A stretch of DNA of 64,000 nucleotides from Scyliorhinus canicula (lineage: Eukaryota), in NCBI RefSeq assembly GCF_902713615.1, contig NW_024055476.1:62001-126000 (forward strand), read 5' to 3'. Position numbers and translations under genes: made by a program. The notes under the pieces are model-generated. The model was not told the origin of the DNA and ran no database searches. It saw only the letters and a list, made by a program, of their open reading frames with translations. Positions 1-11,429 of the stretch are shown here, piece by piece (position 1 is the first letter of the stretch; each line of letters starts with the position of its first letter).

Positions 1-889
1 TTCGATCAACTTGTCGATGAGTGGACATTCACTTATCTCTATTCACTAACTCTGGTGGATTCAGGCATCTCTCGGTCTGCTTAATTTTATTCTGCACACT
101 TCACACGTGTTTTTTTCTATCAATTTATTTTCATTCGTTCCATTGGTATATTTTACCCACACAATTGCCCCGCTCCCCTCCCCCCAGCCTATACCATCCT
201 ACTCGATCAATCTGATCCCTGTTGCCAATTGTTCTCTAATACACTGCTTACCTTTGATCCCATTCTGACGTCTGAATGCGCCACTATCAGCACCTTTCTC
301 GGCCTTGATTAGCCTCATTTACATTCCCTTTTTCATTCTGTCCGAATGTGATAATCACTACACTACAGCAGTCAGCGGACGTGTGAAATGTGCAACCTCA
401 CTGTGTTGCTGCAGATTCTAATTGTCTGGTTGAGCGGCCAGGTCACTTATTACAAGACAACAGCTGTTCCTTTAAAAAAAAAGTAAGAAAACTGACAACA
501 CCAGGTTAAAGTCCAACATGTTTGTTTCAGCACTAGCTTTCGGAGCACTGCTCCTTCCTCAGGTGAATCTCAGGTGAATTTGAAAAACAGATGTCTCAAC
601 ATAAAAAAACATGAGATGTAGAACTTATATCGAAGTTAACAGAAGTTATATTTTGCTGATGCTCGATCTTACAATTGGGCTTCTTGGTCCGGAGGTATGG
701 TTCACGCTTGGTGCCCAACTGTCAATAGTTTCGCCAATCTTTTCTCCAGTTCACGCTTGGTGCCCAACTGTCAATTGTTTCGCCAATCTTTTCCCAGTAA
801 CTGAAGCGTTCACTCATCTGAATTTTCGCTTTAATACCAGAACATATTCAAAAGCTGATTGATTTCTGTCGGACTCTAATCCAGGCACC

Positions 890-1351
890 ATGTATTCTCC
901 ATGTTGGTGACTGGTGAATGGTGAGTCGATGTTCTAATGTTCACCGTGTGCCCCGTGTGCTATCTTCACTCTCAGATATTGAATACATTTTGTGTTTAGT
1001 TTCAGGAAGAAATGGTGAATACTCAGTGGCCCAGGATCGATCTGAGTTAACGGGTTCTGGAAGGACAGAGCATTGAGCTGGACTGTAGATATTCCACAGC
1101 TGTTTTTGAAACTCTTTTCTGGTACATTCAGTATCCAGGGGGACCTCCGAGGAATGTAATGAGAATCTATAGTTAGGGCAGTTCAGATAAATCTCCAGAT
1201 TTTCCCAGCCAGGTTTTCGGCTGCTTTGCTCAAAGAAAACCAAACGGTACCTTTAAATATCGCCGGAGCTGATCTCTCCGACAGTGCCGTGTATTTCTGC
1301 GCTATGGAGCCCACACTGCTGCAGAGGTATAGCGGGTCCCGTACAAACACT
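890..1351 (+). pseudogene. TCR V pseudogene (V1): leader with stop, V exon 1006-1311, RSS 1312-1351
   Basis: V-like frame LDCRYSTAVFETLFWYIQYPGGPP; TAG at 1174-1176; +1 frameshift before RFSAALLKENQTVPLNIAGADLSDSAVYFCAMEP; CACACTG, 24-nt spacer, ACAAACACT. Confidence 0.9.
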
Positions 1352-1375
1352 CACACTGGGAGTTCCAGTCATTTC

Positions 1376-1390
1376 TCGGCAGAGGGCGCT
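1376..1390 (+). promoter_or_regulatory. CTCF-consensus site just downstream of V1 RSS
   Basis: TCGGCAGAGGGCGCT, 24 bp after the nonamer; motif match only. Confidence 0.55.
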
Positions 1391-1709
1391 CTCACATTGA
1401 TAGACAGACACAATTACTCAGCCTGTGGTGGTCACAGTGTCATTACCAAACCATCAAAAACAAACACAGCACTCACTAAAAACAAGCGAGCAGAAACTAA
1501 ATAATAATATTCGTTAGTTTATAACTTGCATTTCTACTAAAATGAATTTCACAACTTAATTTCCGGTTCGTTAACTCACATTTAGTCTTTTTATGATCTT
1601 TACATTGCTGTCTGAATTATTATGCGAACGTTTCTCCATCTCCGTTCCGCTCTTCTAGATCACTTTGAGCAAAGCCGGATCACAGGGTCTATATGACGGG
1701 ATTATTTTC

Positions 1710-2052
1710 ATAGATTTCACAGAAGTTACAGTGCAGAAGGAGGCCATTCGGCCTATCGAGTCTGCACTGGCTCTTGGATAGTGCACCCTACCCTAGGTCC
1801 ACAACTCCAACCTGTCGCCACAACACAGTAACCCCACCCAACACTAATGTTGGACACTAGGGGCAATTTAGCATGGCCAATCCACCTGCACATCTTTGGA
1901 CTGTGGGAGGAAACCGGAGTACCAGGAGGAAACCCAGGCAAACACGGGGAGAATGTGCAGACTCCCAACAGACAGTGGCCCAAGTCGGGAATTGAACCTG
2001 GGAGCCTGAAGCTGTGAAGCAATTGTGCTAACCATAATGATACCCGTTGCTC
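1710..2052 (-). mobile_element. tRNA-derived SINE
   Basis: Same head/body/tail as the many other copies in the window (GGTTTCCTCCGGGTGCTCCGGTTTCCTCC core). Confidence 0.85.
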
Positions 2053-2104
2053 CGTGTACGATCTTCACTCCCAGATAGTGAATACGTTTTGTGTTTTGTT
2101 CCAG

Positions 2105-2411
2105 GAACAAATGGTGAAGATTCAGTGCCCCAGGATCGATCTGAGTTAACGGGTTCTGGAACGACAGAGCATTAACCTGGACAGTAGATACTCGACAGTT
2201 GTTTTTGATACTCTGTTCTGGTACAATCAGTATCCCAGAAGACCTCCGAGGAATTTTATTGGTTGACAGACAGTTTGTAGGAAATGAGCAAATTTCACAA
2301 GGCAGTGATTGTATAATTTATAACAAACCCCAAGAACAGAGTTCCCCCCTAATAGTTATTCTCCTTTCCAGTGTCTGTTTAATGTTTTCTGACACAGCTG
2401 TGTTTCCGTCC
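2105..2411 (+). pseudogene. Degenerate V paralog of V1 (V2), 3' end and RSS lost at SINE/LINE insertion
   Basis: Intron and FR1 nearly repeat V1 (cccaggatcgatctgagttaacgggttctgga; LFWYNQYP); ends in SDTAVF. Confidence 0.75.
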
Positions 2412-2527
2412 TACAATAGATATAGATATAGAACAGTACAGCACAGAACAGGCCCTTCGGCCCTCGATGTTGTGCCGAGCAATGATCACCCTACTTAAAC
2501 CCACGTATCCACCCTATACTGAGTTTT

Positions 2528-3435
2528 GCACTGAGTGCTGAGCTTGTGGCATTTGAGTGCTACAGTGAGAGTTTGGTGACTGAGGGAGTATAAGGGTTAT
2601 TTAAAGTCTAGTATTTCTTTTATTTAGTTAATTAACTTAAAAGTTGCTGTTTGGTCTTTCAGAAGGTGAATTTTGAATCAGCTTTAAACAAGGTTCTACT
2701 TGGACTTACTTGCAGCTGGAGCTTGTTAATTAGTTAATTGCATTAGGCCAGTTTTTAGAAGCTAGAGTCACAGTATAAATAGGGGCTAGATACAGTGCAG
2801 ACTTTGTTTGCACTGAGTGCTGAGCTTGTAGCATTTGAGTGCTACAGTGAGAGTTTGGTGACTGAGGGAGTATAAGGGTTATTTAAAGTCTAGTATTTCT
2901 TTTATTTAGTTAATTAACTTAAAAGTTGCTGTTTGGTCTATAAGAAGGTGAATTTTGAATCAGCTTTAAAAAAGGTTCTACTTGGACTTACTTGCAGCTG
3001 GAGCTTGTTAATTAGTTAATTGCATTAGGCCAGTTTTTAGAAGCTAGAGTCACAGTATAAATAGGGGCTAGATACAGTGCAGACTTTGTTTGCACTGAGT
3101 GCTGAGCTTGTGGCATTTGAGTGCTACAGTGAGAGTTTGGTGACTGAGGGAGTATAAGGGTTATTTAAAGTCTAGTATTTCTTTTATTTAGTTAATTAAC
3201 TTAAAAGTTGCTGTTTGGTCTATAAGAAGGTGAATTTTGAATCAGCTTTAAACAAGGTTCTACTTGGACTTACTTGCAGCTGGAGCTTGTTAATTAGTTA
3301 ATTGCATTAGGCCAGTTTTTAGAAGCTAGAGTCACAGTATAAATAGGGGCTAGATACAGTGCAGACTTTGTTTGCACTGAGTGCTGAGCTTGTGGCATTT
3401 GAGTGCTACAGTGAGAGTTTGGTGACTGAGGGAGT
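2528..3435 (+). repeat. 282-bp tandem monomers (3 full + ~60 bp) in LINE 5' UTR
   Basis: gcactgagtgctgagc recurs at 2528, 2810, 3092 and 3374; TATAAAT at 2774, 3056 and 3338. Confidence 0.95.
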
Positions 3436-3596
3436 TAGGTGAGGAGGGAGTAAGGTACTCCTTTCATTTAATTTCCTATATTTATCAAAGAGCGTGAAGG
3501 GAACCAGGAGTTTAGAGTACAGCTGACTGGGAGCAGAGTCGGAGGGCGGAGGTCCAGTTGGTCCACAGGGCAGCTAATTCTGTAAAGTAAGAGGGG

Positions 3597-4532
3597 ATGG
3601 AGGCTAGGGCAGTTGCATGCTCCTCCTGTAGGATGTGGGTGGTGAGGGATACCACTGGTGTCCCCGCTGACTATACCTGCGGGAAGTGCACCCAACGCCA
3701 GCTCCTCAGAGACCGTGTTAAGGTACTGGAGCTGGAGCTGGATGAACTTCGGATCATCCGGGAGGCAGAGGGGGTCATAGAGAAGAGTTACAGGGAGGTA
3801 GCCACACCAAAGGTACTGGACAAGAGTAGCTGGGTTACAGTCAGGGGAAAGAAAACTAACAGGCAGACAGTGCAGGGATCCCTCGTGGCCATTCCCCTTC
3901 AAAACAAGTATACCGTTTTGGATGCTGTTGGGGGGGATGACCTACCGGGGGAAGGCCCCAGCGGCCTGGTCTCTGGCACTGAGTCTGGCTCTGGGGCTCA
4001 GAAGGGAAGGGGGGAGCATAGAAAAGCAATAGTAATAGGAGATTCAATGGTTAGGGGAATAGATAGGAGATTCTGTGGTCGCGAGCGAGACTCCCGAAAG
4101 GTATGTTGCCTCCCGGGTGCCAGGGCCAGGGATGTCTCTGATCGTGTCTTCAGGATCCTGAAGGGGGAGGGTGAGCAGCCAGAAGTCGTGGTGCACATTG
4201 GTACCAACGATGTAGGTAGGAAAAAGGGTGTGGAGGTAATAAACAAGTTTAGGGAGTTAGGCTGGAAGTTAGGGGCCAGGACAGACAGAGTTGTCATCTC
4301 TGGTTTGTTGCCGGTGCCACGTGATAGCGAGGCTAGGAATAGGGAGAGAGTGCAGTTGAACACGTGGCTGCAGGAATGGTGTAGGAGGGAGGGCTTCAGG
4401 TATTTGGATAATTGGAGCGCATTCTGGGGAAGGTGGGACCTGTACAAGCAGGACGGGTTGCATCTGAACCAGAGGGGCACCAATATCCTGGGGGGGAGGT
4501 TTTCTAGTACTCTTCGGGAGGGTTTAAACTAA
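3597..4532 (+). CDS. CR1 ORF1p: zinc finger + coiled coil + SGNH esterase
   Basis: CSSC..CGKC; heptad LLRDRVKVLELELDEL; SGNH blocks GDS, PGA, GTND, DGLH all intact; 311 aa. Confidence 0.9.
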   Translation: MEARAVACSSCRMWVVRDTTGVPADYTCGKCTQRQLLRDRVKVLELELDELRIIREAEGVIEKSYREVATPKVLDKSSWVTVRGKKTNRQTVQGSLVAIPLQNKYTVLDAVGGDDLPGEGPSGLVSGTESGSGAQKGRGEHRKAIVIGDSMVRGIDRRFCGRERDSRKVCCLPGARARDVSDRVFRILKGEGEQPEVVVHIGTNDVGRKKGVEVINKFRELGWKLGARTDRVVISGLLPVPRDSEARNRERVQLNTWLQEWCRREGFRYLDNWSAFWGRWDLYKQDGLHLNQRGTNILGGRFSSTLREGLN

Positions 4533-4615
4533 TTTGGCAGGGGAATGGGAACCGGATCTGTAGTCCAGCAACTAAGGTAGACGATAGTCAGGACGCCAAA
4601 GCACGTAGTGATGCA

Positions 4616-7425
4616 GTGGGGAAGGTAACAATGACAAAGGAGAGTACTTGCAGGCAAGGAGATGGGTTGAAGTGTGTATACTTTAATGCAAGAAGCATCA
4701 GGAATAAGGTGGGTGAACTTAATGCATGGATCGGTACTTGGGACTACGATGTGGTGGCCATCACGGAAACTTGGATAGAAGAGGGGCAGAAATGGTTGTT
4801 GGAGGTCCCTGGTTATAGATGTTTCAACAAGATTAGGGAGGATGGTAAAAGAGGTGGGGGGGGGGGGTGGCATTGTTAATTAGAGATAGTATAACAGCTG
4901 CAGAAAGGCAGTTCGAGGGGGATCTGCCTACTGAGGTAATATGGGTTGAAGTTAGAAATAGGAAAGGAGCAGTCACCTTGTTGGGAGTGTTCTATAGGCC
5001 CCCCAATAGCAGCAGAGATGTGGAGGAACAGATTGGGAAACAGATTCTGGAAAGGTGCAGAAGTCACAGGGTAGTAGTCATGGGCGACTTCAACTTCCCA
5101 AACATTGAGTGGAAACTCTTTAGATCAAATAGTTTGGATGGGGTAGTGTTTGTGCAGTGTGTCCAGGAAGCTTTTCTAACACAGTATGTAGATTGTCCGA
5201 CCAGAGGGGAGGCCATATTGGATTTAGTACTTGGTAATGAACCAGGGCAGGTGATAGATTTGTTAGTGGGGGAGCATTTTGGAGGTAGTGACCACAATTC
5301 TGTGACTTTCACTTTAGTAATGGAGAGGGATAGGTGCGAGCAACAGGGCAAGGTTTATAATTGGGGGAAGGGTAAATACAATGCTGTCAGACAAGAATTG
5401 AAGTGCAGAAGTTGGGAACATAGGCTGTCAGGGAAGGACACAAGTGAAATGTGGAACTTGTTCAAGGATCAGGTACTGCGTGTCTTTGATATGTATGTCC
5501 CTGTCAGGCAGGGAAGAGATGGTCGAGTGAGGGAACCATGGTTGACAAGAGAGGTTGAATGTCTTGTTAAGAGGAAGAAGGAGACTTATGTAAGGCTGAA
5601 GAAACAAGGTTCAGACAGGGCGCTGGAGGGATACAAGATAGCCAGGAGGGAACTGAAGAAAGGGATTAGGAGAGCTAAGAGAGGGCATGAAAAATCTTTG
5701 GCGGGTAGGATCAAGGAAAACCCCAAGGCCTTTTACACATACGTGAGAAATATGAGAATGACTAGAGTGAGAGTAGGTCCGATTAAGGACAGTAGCGGGA
5801 GATTGTGTATTGAGTCTGAAGAGATAGGAGAGGTCTTGAACAAGTATTTTTCTTCAGTATTTACAAATGAGAGGGGCCATATTGTTGGAGAGGACAGCGT
5901 GAAGCAGACTGATAAGCTTGAGGAGATACTTGTCAGGAAGGAAGATGTGTTGCGCGTTTTGAAAAACTTGAGGATAGACAAGTCCCCCGGGCCTGACGGG
6001 ATATATCCAAGGATTCTCTGGGAAGCAAGAAATGAAATTGCAGAGCCGTTGGCAATGATCTTTTCGTCCTCGCTGTCAACAGGGGTGGTACCAGAGGATT
6101 GGAGAGTGGCGAATGTCGTGCCCCTGTTCAAAAAAGGGAATAGGGATAACCCTGGGAATTACAGGCCAGTTAGTCTTACTTCGGTGGTAGGCAAAGTAAT
6201 GGAAAGGGTACTGAGGGATAGGATTTCTGAGCATCTGGAAAGGCATTGCTTGATTAGGGATAGTCAGCACGGATTTGTGAGGGGTAGGTCTTGCCTTACA
6301 AGTCTTATTGAATTCTTTGAGGAGGTGACCAAGCATGTGGATGAAGGTAAAGCAGTGGATGTAGTGTACATGGATTTTAGTAAGGCATTTGATAAGGTTC
6401 CCCATGGTAGGCTTATGCAGAAAGTAAGGAGGCATGGGATAGTGGGAAATTTGGCCAGTTGGATAACAAACTGGCTAACCGATAGAAGACAGAGAGTTGT
6501 GGTGGATGGCAAATATTCAGCCTGGAGCCCAGTTATCAGTGGCGTACCGCAGGGATCAGTTCTGGGTCCTCTGCTGTTTGTGATTTTCATTAACGACTTG
6601 GATGAGGGAGTTGAAGGGTGGGTCAGTAAATTTGCAGATGATACGAAGATTGGTGGAGTTGTGGATAGTGAGGAGGGCTGTTGTCGGCTTCAAAGAGACA
6701 TAGATAGAATGCAGAGCTGGGCTGAGAAGTGGCAGATGGAGTTTAACCCTGACAAGTGTGAGGTTGTCCATTTTGGAAGGACAAATCTGAATGCGGAATA
6801 CAGGGTTAATGGTAGGGTTCTTGGCAATGTGGAGGAGCAGAGAGATCTTGGGGTCTATGTTCATTGTTCTTTGAAAGTTGCCACTCAAGTGGATAGAGCT
6901 GTGAAGAAGGCCTATGGTGTGCTAGCGTTCATTAGCAGAGGGATTGAATTTAAGAGCCGTGAGGTGATGATGCAGCTGTACAAAACCTTGGTCAGGCCAC
7001 ATTTGGAGTACTGTGTGCAGTTCTGGTCACCTCATTTTAGGAAGGATGTGGAAGCTTTGGAAAAGGTGCAAAGGAGATTTACCAGGATGTTGCCTGGAAT
7101 GGAGAGTAGGTCATACGAGGAAAGATTGAGGGTGTTAGGCCTTTTCTCATTAGAACGGAGAAGGATGAGGGGCGACTTGATAGAGGTTTATAAGATGATC
7201 AGGGGAATAGATAGAGTAGACAGTCAGAGACTTTTTCCCCGGGTGGAACACACCATTACAAGGGGACATAAATTTAAGATAAATGGTGGAAGATATAGAG
7301 GGGATGTCAGAGGTAGGTTCTTTACCCAGAGAGTAGTGGGGGCATGGAATGCACTGCCTGTGGTAGTAGTTGAGTCGGAAAATTTATGGACCTTCAAGCG
7401 GCTATTGGATAGGTACTTGGATTAG
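4616..7425 (+). CDS. CR1 ORF2p (APE endonuclease + reverse transcriptase), single frameshift in G12 run at 4856-4867
   Basis: NARSI, ITETW, GDFN, SDH endonuclease motifs; DFSKAFDKV, GVPQGSVLGP, FADD RT motifs. Confidence 0.93.
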
Positions 7426-7458
7426 GGTAGAATAAGGGAGTGTAGGTTAACTTCTTAA

Positions 7459-7667
7459 GGGCAGCACGGTAGCATTGTGGATAGCACAATTGCTTCACAG
7501 CTCCAGGGTCCCAAGTTCGATTTCGACTTGGGTCACTGTCTGTGTGGAGTCTGCACATCCTCCCCGTGACTGCGTGGGTTTCCTCCGGGTACTCCGGTTT
7601 CCTCCCACAGTCCAAAGATGTGCAGGTTGGGTGGATTGGCCATGACAAATTGTCCAAAATTCTATGA
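7459..7667 (+). mobile_element. Internally deleted SINE inside CR1 3' UTR
   Basis: gggcagcacggtagc head joined to aattctatga tail; ttaa on both flanks. Confidence 0.8.
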
Positions 7668-9043
7668 TTAACCTAGGACAAAAGTTCGGCGCAACATCGT
7701 GGGCCGAAGGGCCTGTTCTGTGCTGTATTTCTCTATCTATCTATCTACCCGTAACCCAACAACCCCCCCTTAACCTTACTTTTTAGGACACTACGGGCAA
7801 TTTAGCATGGCCAATCCACCTAACCCCGCACATCTTTGGACTGTGGGAGGAAATCGGAGCATCCGGAGGAAACCCACGCACACACGGGGAGGACGTGCAG
7901 ACTCCGCACAGACAGCGACCCAGCCGGGAATCGAACCTGGGACCCTGGAGCTGTGAAGAATTTATGCTAACCACCATGCTACCGTGCTGCCAATAACCAG
8001 ACCAGCAAACCCATTCCGACTCCCGTCTGGATCTATGCAGCGATTCTTCTTCGAAGGCACTGACTGTATCCCAGCTCGGATTGTTCCCATTCACTGACAG
8101 ACAGTTCGCCACCTACAGGTGTTAAACCACCTTTGGAGACGCAAGAAAGTGAAGTAAGAAAACCCTGCGAAAGACAGCCGATTCTGAATGGTGCGGAATA
8201 GAAGTTGATGCTTCGAATTTCAATTTTTACAGATCGATAGCGGTCAGCCCGTGTCTGGATTGTTTGGGGCTGGTGCAGGTGGGCTTTTCGGGAGGTAATT
8301 GTGGAACAAACACATTTCATCGCATTTGAAATCATGGTTTCAATCGGAATTGTAAACACATAATTATTTCCTGTTTGAACATGTATTTCTGATCTGTGTG
8401 ACGGAAATTCTGTTTCTCGGGTACTGTCCTCAGATGTTAAGACAGAAGAAGTTGCTCTTTTTAGTTTAACCTTTGATGCTGCCTTCTTGAACCGCTGCAG
8501 TCTATGTGCTGTCAGGGAGGGAGTTCTAGGATTTCACCTCTGCTGCGTTACTCATGTCAGCAGATGAGCAGTGAGGCTAAAATAACAAAACAGTAACAGC
8601 ACCACTCAGGGAGCTAAACTCTCTCTATATCTGGGTGGAGAAAGTGGCTCTGAAGAGTTGATCAGAAGTAGGACTCACAGACTGAGTATACCATGAACAA
8701 AAGTCCCACTCCCTTTGAACTGTGTCTTCGCGCACCATTCTGTTGACGTTTCGACAGAAACTCGAGCAGATTCAGCCACATCGACCAGTGGCGATGTCAG
8801 CCGCTCAAACCCACACCGGGAGGAAGCCACCTTAACTTCGAATCAAGCTGTCAGCCACCTGTTTCCAACACGGTAGTAAAACTACACTGCCGAATCCAAT
8901 CCGACCGTCAGATCCATCATCAAACCAGTCTCCAGGTTACCCGTCCTTTCTGTTTCTGATCAGCTGTTAATTCTCTGAAACTCAGGGCTGGCTGTTCAGA
9001 TCAGCTCCGGCAAAGATGTTTCTGACCCTTCAACCAGTCCCAC

Positions 9044-9128
9044 TGACGTCACTCAGTTTACAGACCTACCTCATTAAATATGCAGGGAAACGTCACACGT
9101 GTCCTCATTCTGACGTCATAGTGACGCT
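9044..9128 (+). promoter_or_regulatory. V promoter with CRE / TCR-V decamer sites
   Basis: TGACGTCA at 9044-9051 (AGTGACGTCA on minus strand) and 9111-9118, ~230-300 bp upstream of ATG 9347. Confidence 0.7.
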
Positions 9129-9346
9129 GGTCTGCCGCGTGCGCATTCTCCTACCCACACTCCACCAATGCTGAAGCTCCTTCACAGCTTCACTTTGTGA
9201 TCACACGTCCCAGAGACCCGTCTCGGGCGGGCACGGTGCAGTTGGTGTTGGACTCAGTTTGATATACAACAGCCCTGCCTCTGCAGCATTGTCTCTCGTC
9301 CTGAAAACTACTGAGAGCTACTTAACACAGATCGATAGGATCCAAC

Positions 9347-9851
9347 ATGAAGCTGAGATTCACTTTAGTGATTATCTCCCTGAATGGCTTACTCTTCTCT
9401 CCGTGTGAGTGTGATCACTATATCTGGCAGGAATATGTCACACATCAGATATGTCATGTTATAGGGACATAGTTTCCTTTATTGTATATCTTGTTATGTC
9501 ATGTTGTAGTTGATTGTGCTATATCATATTCTCGCCGTCTGTGTGATATTAAATTATTCATGTTATTTTACATCTCAGATGCCGCTGGCAGTGACGAGGT
9601 ATCACAGTCTCCAGAGTCAATGGTGGTTACCGAGGGAGATGTTGCATCCTTGGCCTGTTCCACCACAGTAGCAGGAATGATCCTACAATGGTACAGACAA
9701 TACCCGGATGGAACCGTGCAGCACCTGGCGAGCGGTACCAGCGATCAGGACAGGATTACATCTCGATTCATTTCAGCAGACAAACACAGCTCTCTGAATG
9801 TTAGTGACGTTCGAGTGACAGACACCGCCACCTATCTCTGTGCAGTTGAGG
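9347..9851 (+). CDS. TRAV: Intact TCR alpha-type V (family C): leader 9347-9404, V exon 9579-9851
   Basis: MKLRFTLVIISLNGLLFSP; GT..AG intron; Cys, WYRQ, TATYLCAVE; open frame. Confidence 0.9.
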
Positions 9852-9890
9852 CACAGTGAACTGAAAACCATTCAGCGCCGTACAAAAACC
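9852..9890 (+). other. 23-RSS
   Basis: CACAGTG + 23 nt + ACAAAAACC (perfect consensus). Confidence 0.97.
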
Positions 9891-10169
9891 TGCCGGGTGA
9901 TTCTGACAGTTTCCGCAGATTCCGCAGTTATCCGAGAGGCCTGTTCATGATTTTGGTTTGCTCTTTCATATCAGAAAAGAAGGGCCAGAATCCATTTAAA
10001 TTCATTTTATTTCTTTAAAGTCACAACCAGAGAGCACGGGTTCCATGGTGCTTGAAGATAATAATCATTGTACCGTTCGGTGAGTCAATATTCAGAGGTC
10101 GTTGTCTATTTCTTGTGTCAAATCAAATTCCAGACCGAGACATATTCCACGTTTTGTTACAGGGATGAA

Positions 10170-10240
10170 TGACGCACAGTCTCCCAGGATCCGTCCGAGT
10201 TGAAGGCTCTAGAAAGACAGTTCAGTTATAATCACTCCAT
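10170..10240 (+). pseudogene. V FR1 fragment
   Basis: cccaggatccgtccgagttgaaggctctagaaagacag (QDPSELKALERQ) resembles FR1 of V1 and the 51953 V. Confidence 0.4.
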
Positions 10241-10496
10241 ATCCAAGAGCTTTCTCTGCCTATGTAGGCCGGTCAATATGACGGGATAACTGCGAGATAT
10301 TTACTGAGGAGGTATCGGCTGAGACATTGAGCTACGTCACAAGATTTCTCACATCGGTTGATTTGAACAAGGATAAAGACAACAGTGCAAATGTTTGATT
10401 AACAAACCTGCCAATGTTTGTTCCCCGTGGGCCTGAGATGGAATTAACCTGGCTGATCAAGGCGCTAAAGAAGACTACACAAATACTCGCAGAGGA

Positions 10497-10949
10497 GGTT
10501 TTTGCGGGTTCTTGGTTTTTATCTGATGCTGTGTTTCACTGCACAGGAAAAGACCACCACACTTAGGCCGCTTATTTAATGAGCAACAGGCAGATATTGT
10601 CTTCAGATTCCATCTTTTTACAGTTTTTACAGACTTACTACTTCATTAATAATCCAGTTTGGACACTGTGCTCGTTTCTGTCCATATCAGTGGATGTTTC
10701 TTATTACCGGGGTTATATATTTGCAATCTATCCCTTCAAACACAGCTACTGTCACCGGAAACTGGATCTGCAAGTAGTTCGCCTGTGAAAGAAGAGGATC
10801 TAAAGAGCAGGAGGTTAAACGGGATCAAGGTATTATCCTCTATCTAACTGTATGAGTCTGTGTAAATTCCCATCAATCTGTTAAACTGTCTTGATGAGCA
10901 AAATCCAATACTCAATGTGCAAGATCCCCGCCAGTATTATTAGAAACAT
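10497..10949 (-). pseudogene. Family-B V pseudogene
   Basis: Leader MFLIILAGILH with donor GT->TT; exon from ~10787 with stops; ..FSCAVK, CACAGCA + 21 nt + GCAAAAACC. Confidence 0.8.
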
Positions 10950-10982
10950 GTCTGCCTGGATCTCTCAGTGAATGGGTATGGA

Positions 10983-11322
10983 ATAGAACATAGAACAGTA
11001 CAGGCCCTTCGGCCCTCAATGTTGTGCCGAGCCATGATCACCCTACTCAAACCCACGTATCCACCGTATACCCGTAACCCAACAACCCCCCCCCCCCTTA
11101 ACCTTACTTTTATTAGGACACTACGGGCAATTTAGCATGGCCAATCCACCTAACCCGCACATCTTTGGACTGTGGGAGGAAACGGGAGCACCCGGAGGAA
11201 ACCCACGCACACAGGGGGAGGACGTGCAGACTCCACACAGACAGTGACCCAGCCGGGAATCGAACCTGGGACCCTGGAGCTGTGAAGCATTTATGCTAAC
11301 CACCATGCTACCCTGCTGCCCT
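10983..11322 (-). mobile_element. SINE inserted in family-B promoter
   Basis: Full SINE interrupts the promoter sequence that is contiguous at 22110-22330 and 25272-25500. Confidence 0.85.
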
Positions 11323-11429
11323 AAATGACTCAGAGATTGAGAGGAGAGAGGGAACCCGAGCTCTGTTCAGCTCAATGTCCCACCCAGACACAGCAAGGGA
11401 GCCAGGCCCACTGTGACAAAGGCCCACGG

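Larger units (their letters stand above)
2520..7748 (+). mobile_element. Full-length CR1-type LINE
   Basis: 5' tandem monomers, ORF1 esterase, ORF2 APE+RT, 3' UTR ending in (TCTA)n; no clear TSD, as is typical for CR1. Confidence 0.95.
2416..7991 (-). mobile_element. SINE split by CR1 insertion (halves 2416-2519 and 7749-7991)
   Basis: Joining ..ccctatac | ccgtaaccc.. restores the sequence of the uninterrupted copy at 10983-11322. Confidence 0.85.

Noticed and set aside
702-797. 48-bp tandem duplication (also 12-bp repeats at ~12036-12065)
   Set aside because: Ordinary slippage duplications with no functional cue
2528-3435. Tandem array as CRISPR or satellite
   Set aside because: No unique spacers, eukaryotic DNA, and the array is contiguous with the LINE 5' UTR
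8428-8452. Short match to V33777 FR1 (cagatgttaagacagaag)
   Set aside because: Too short, with no surrounding V features
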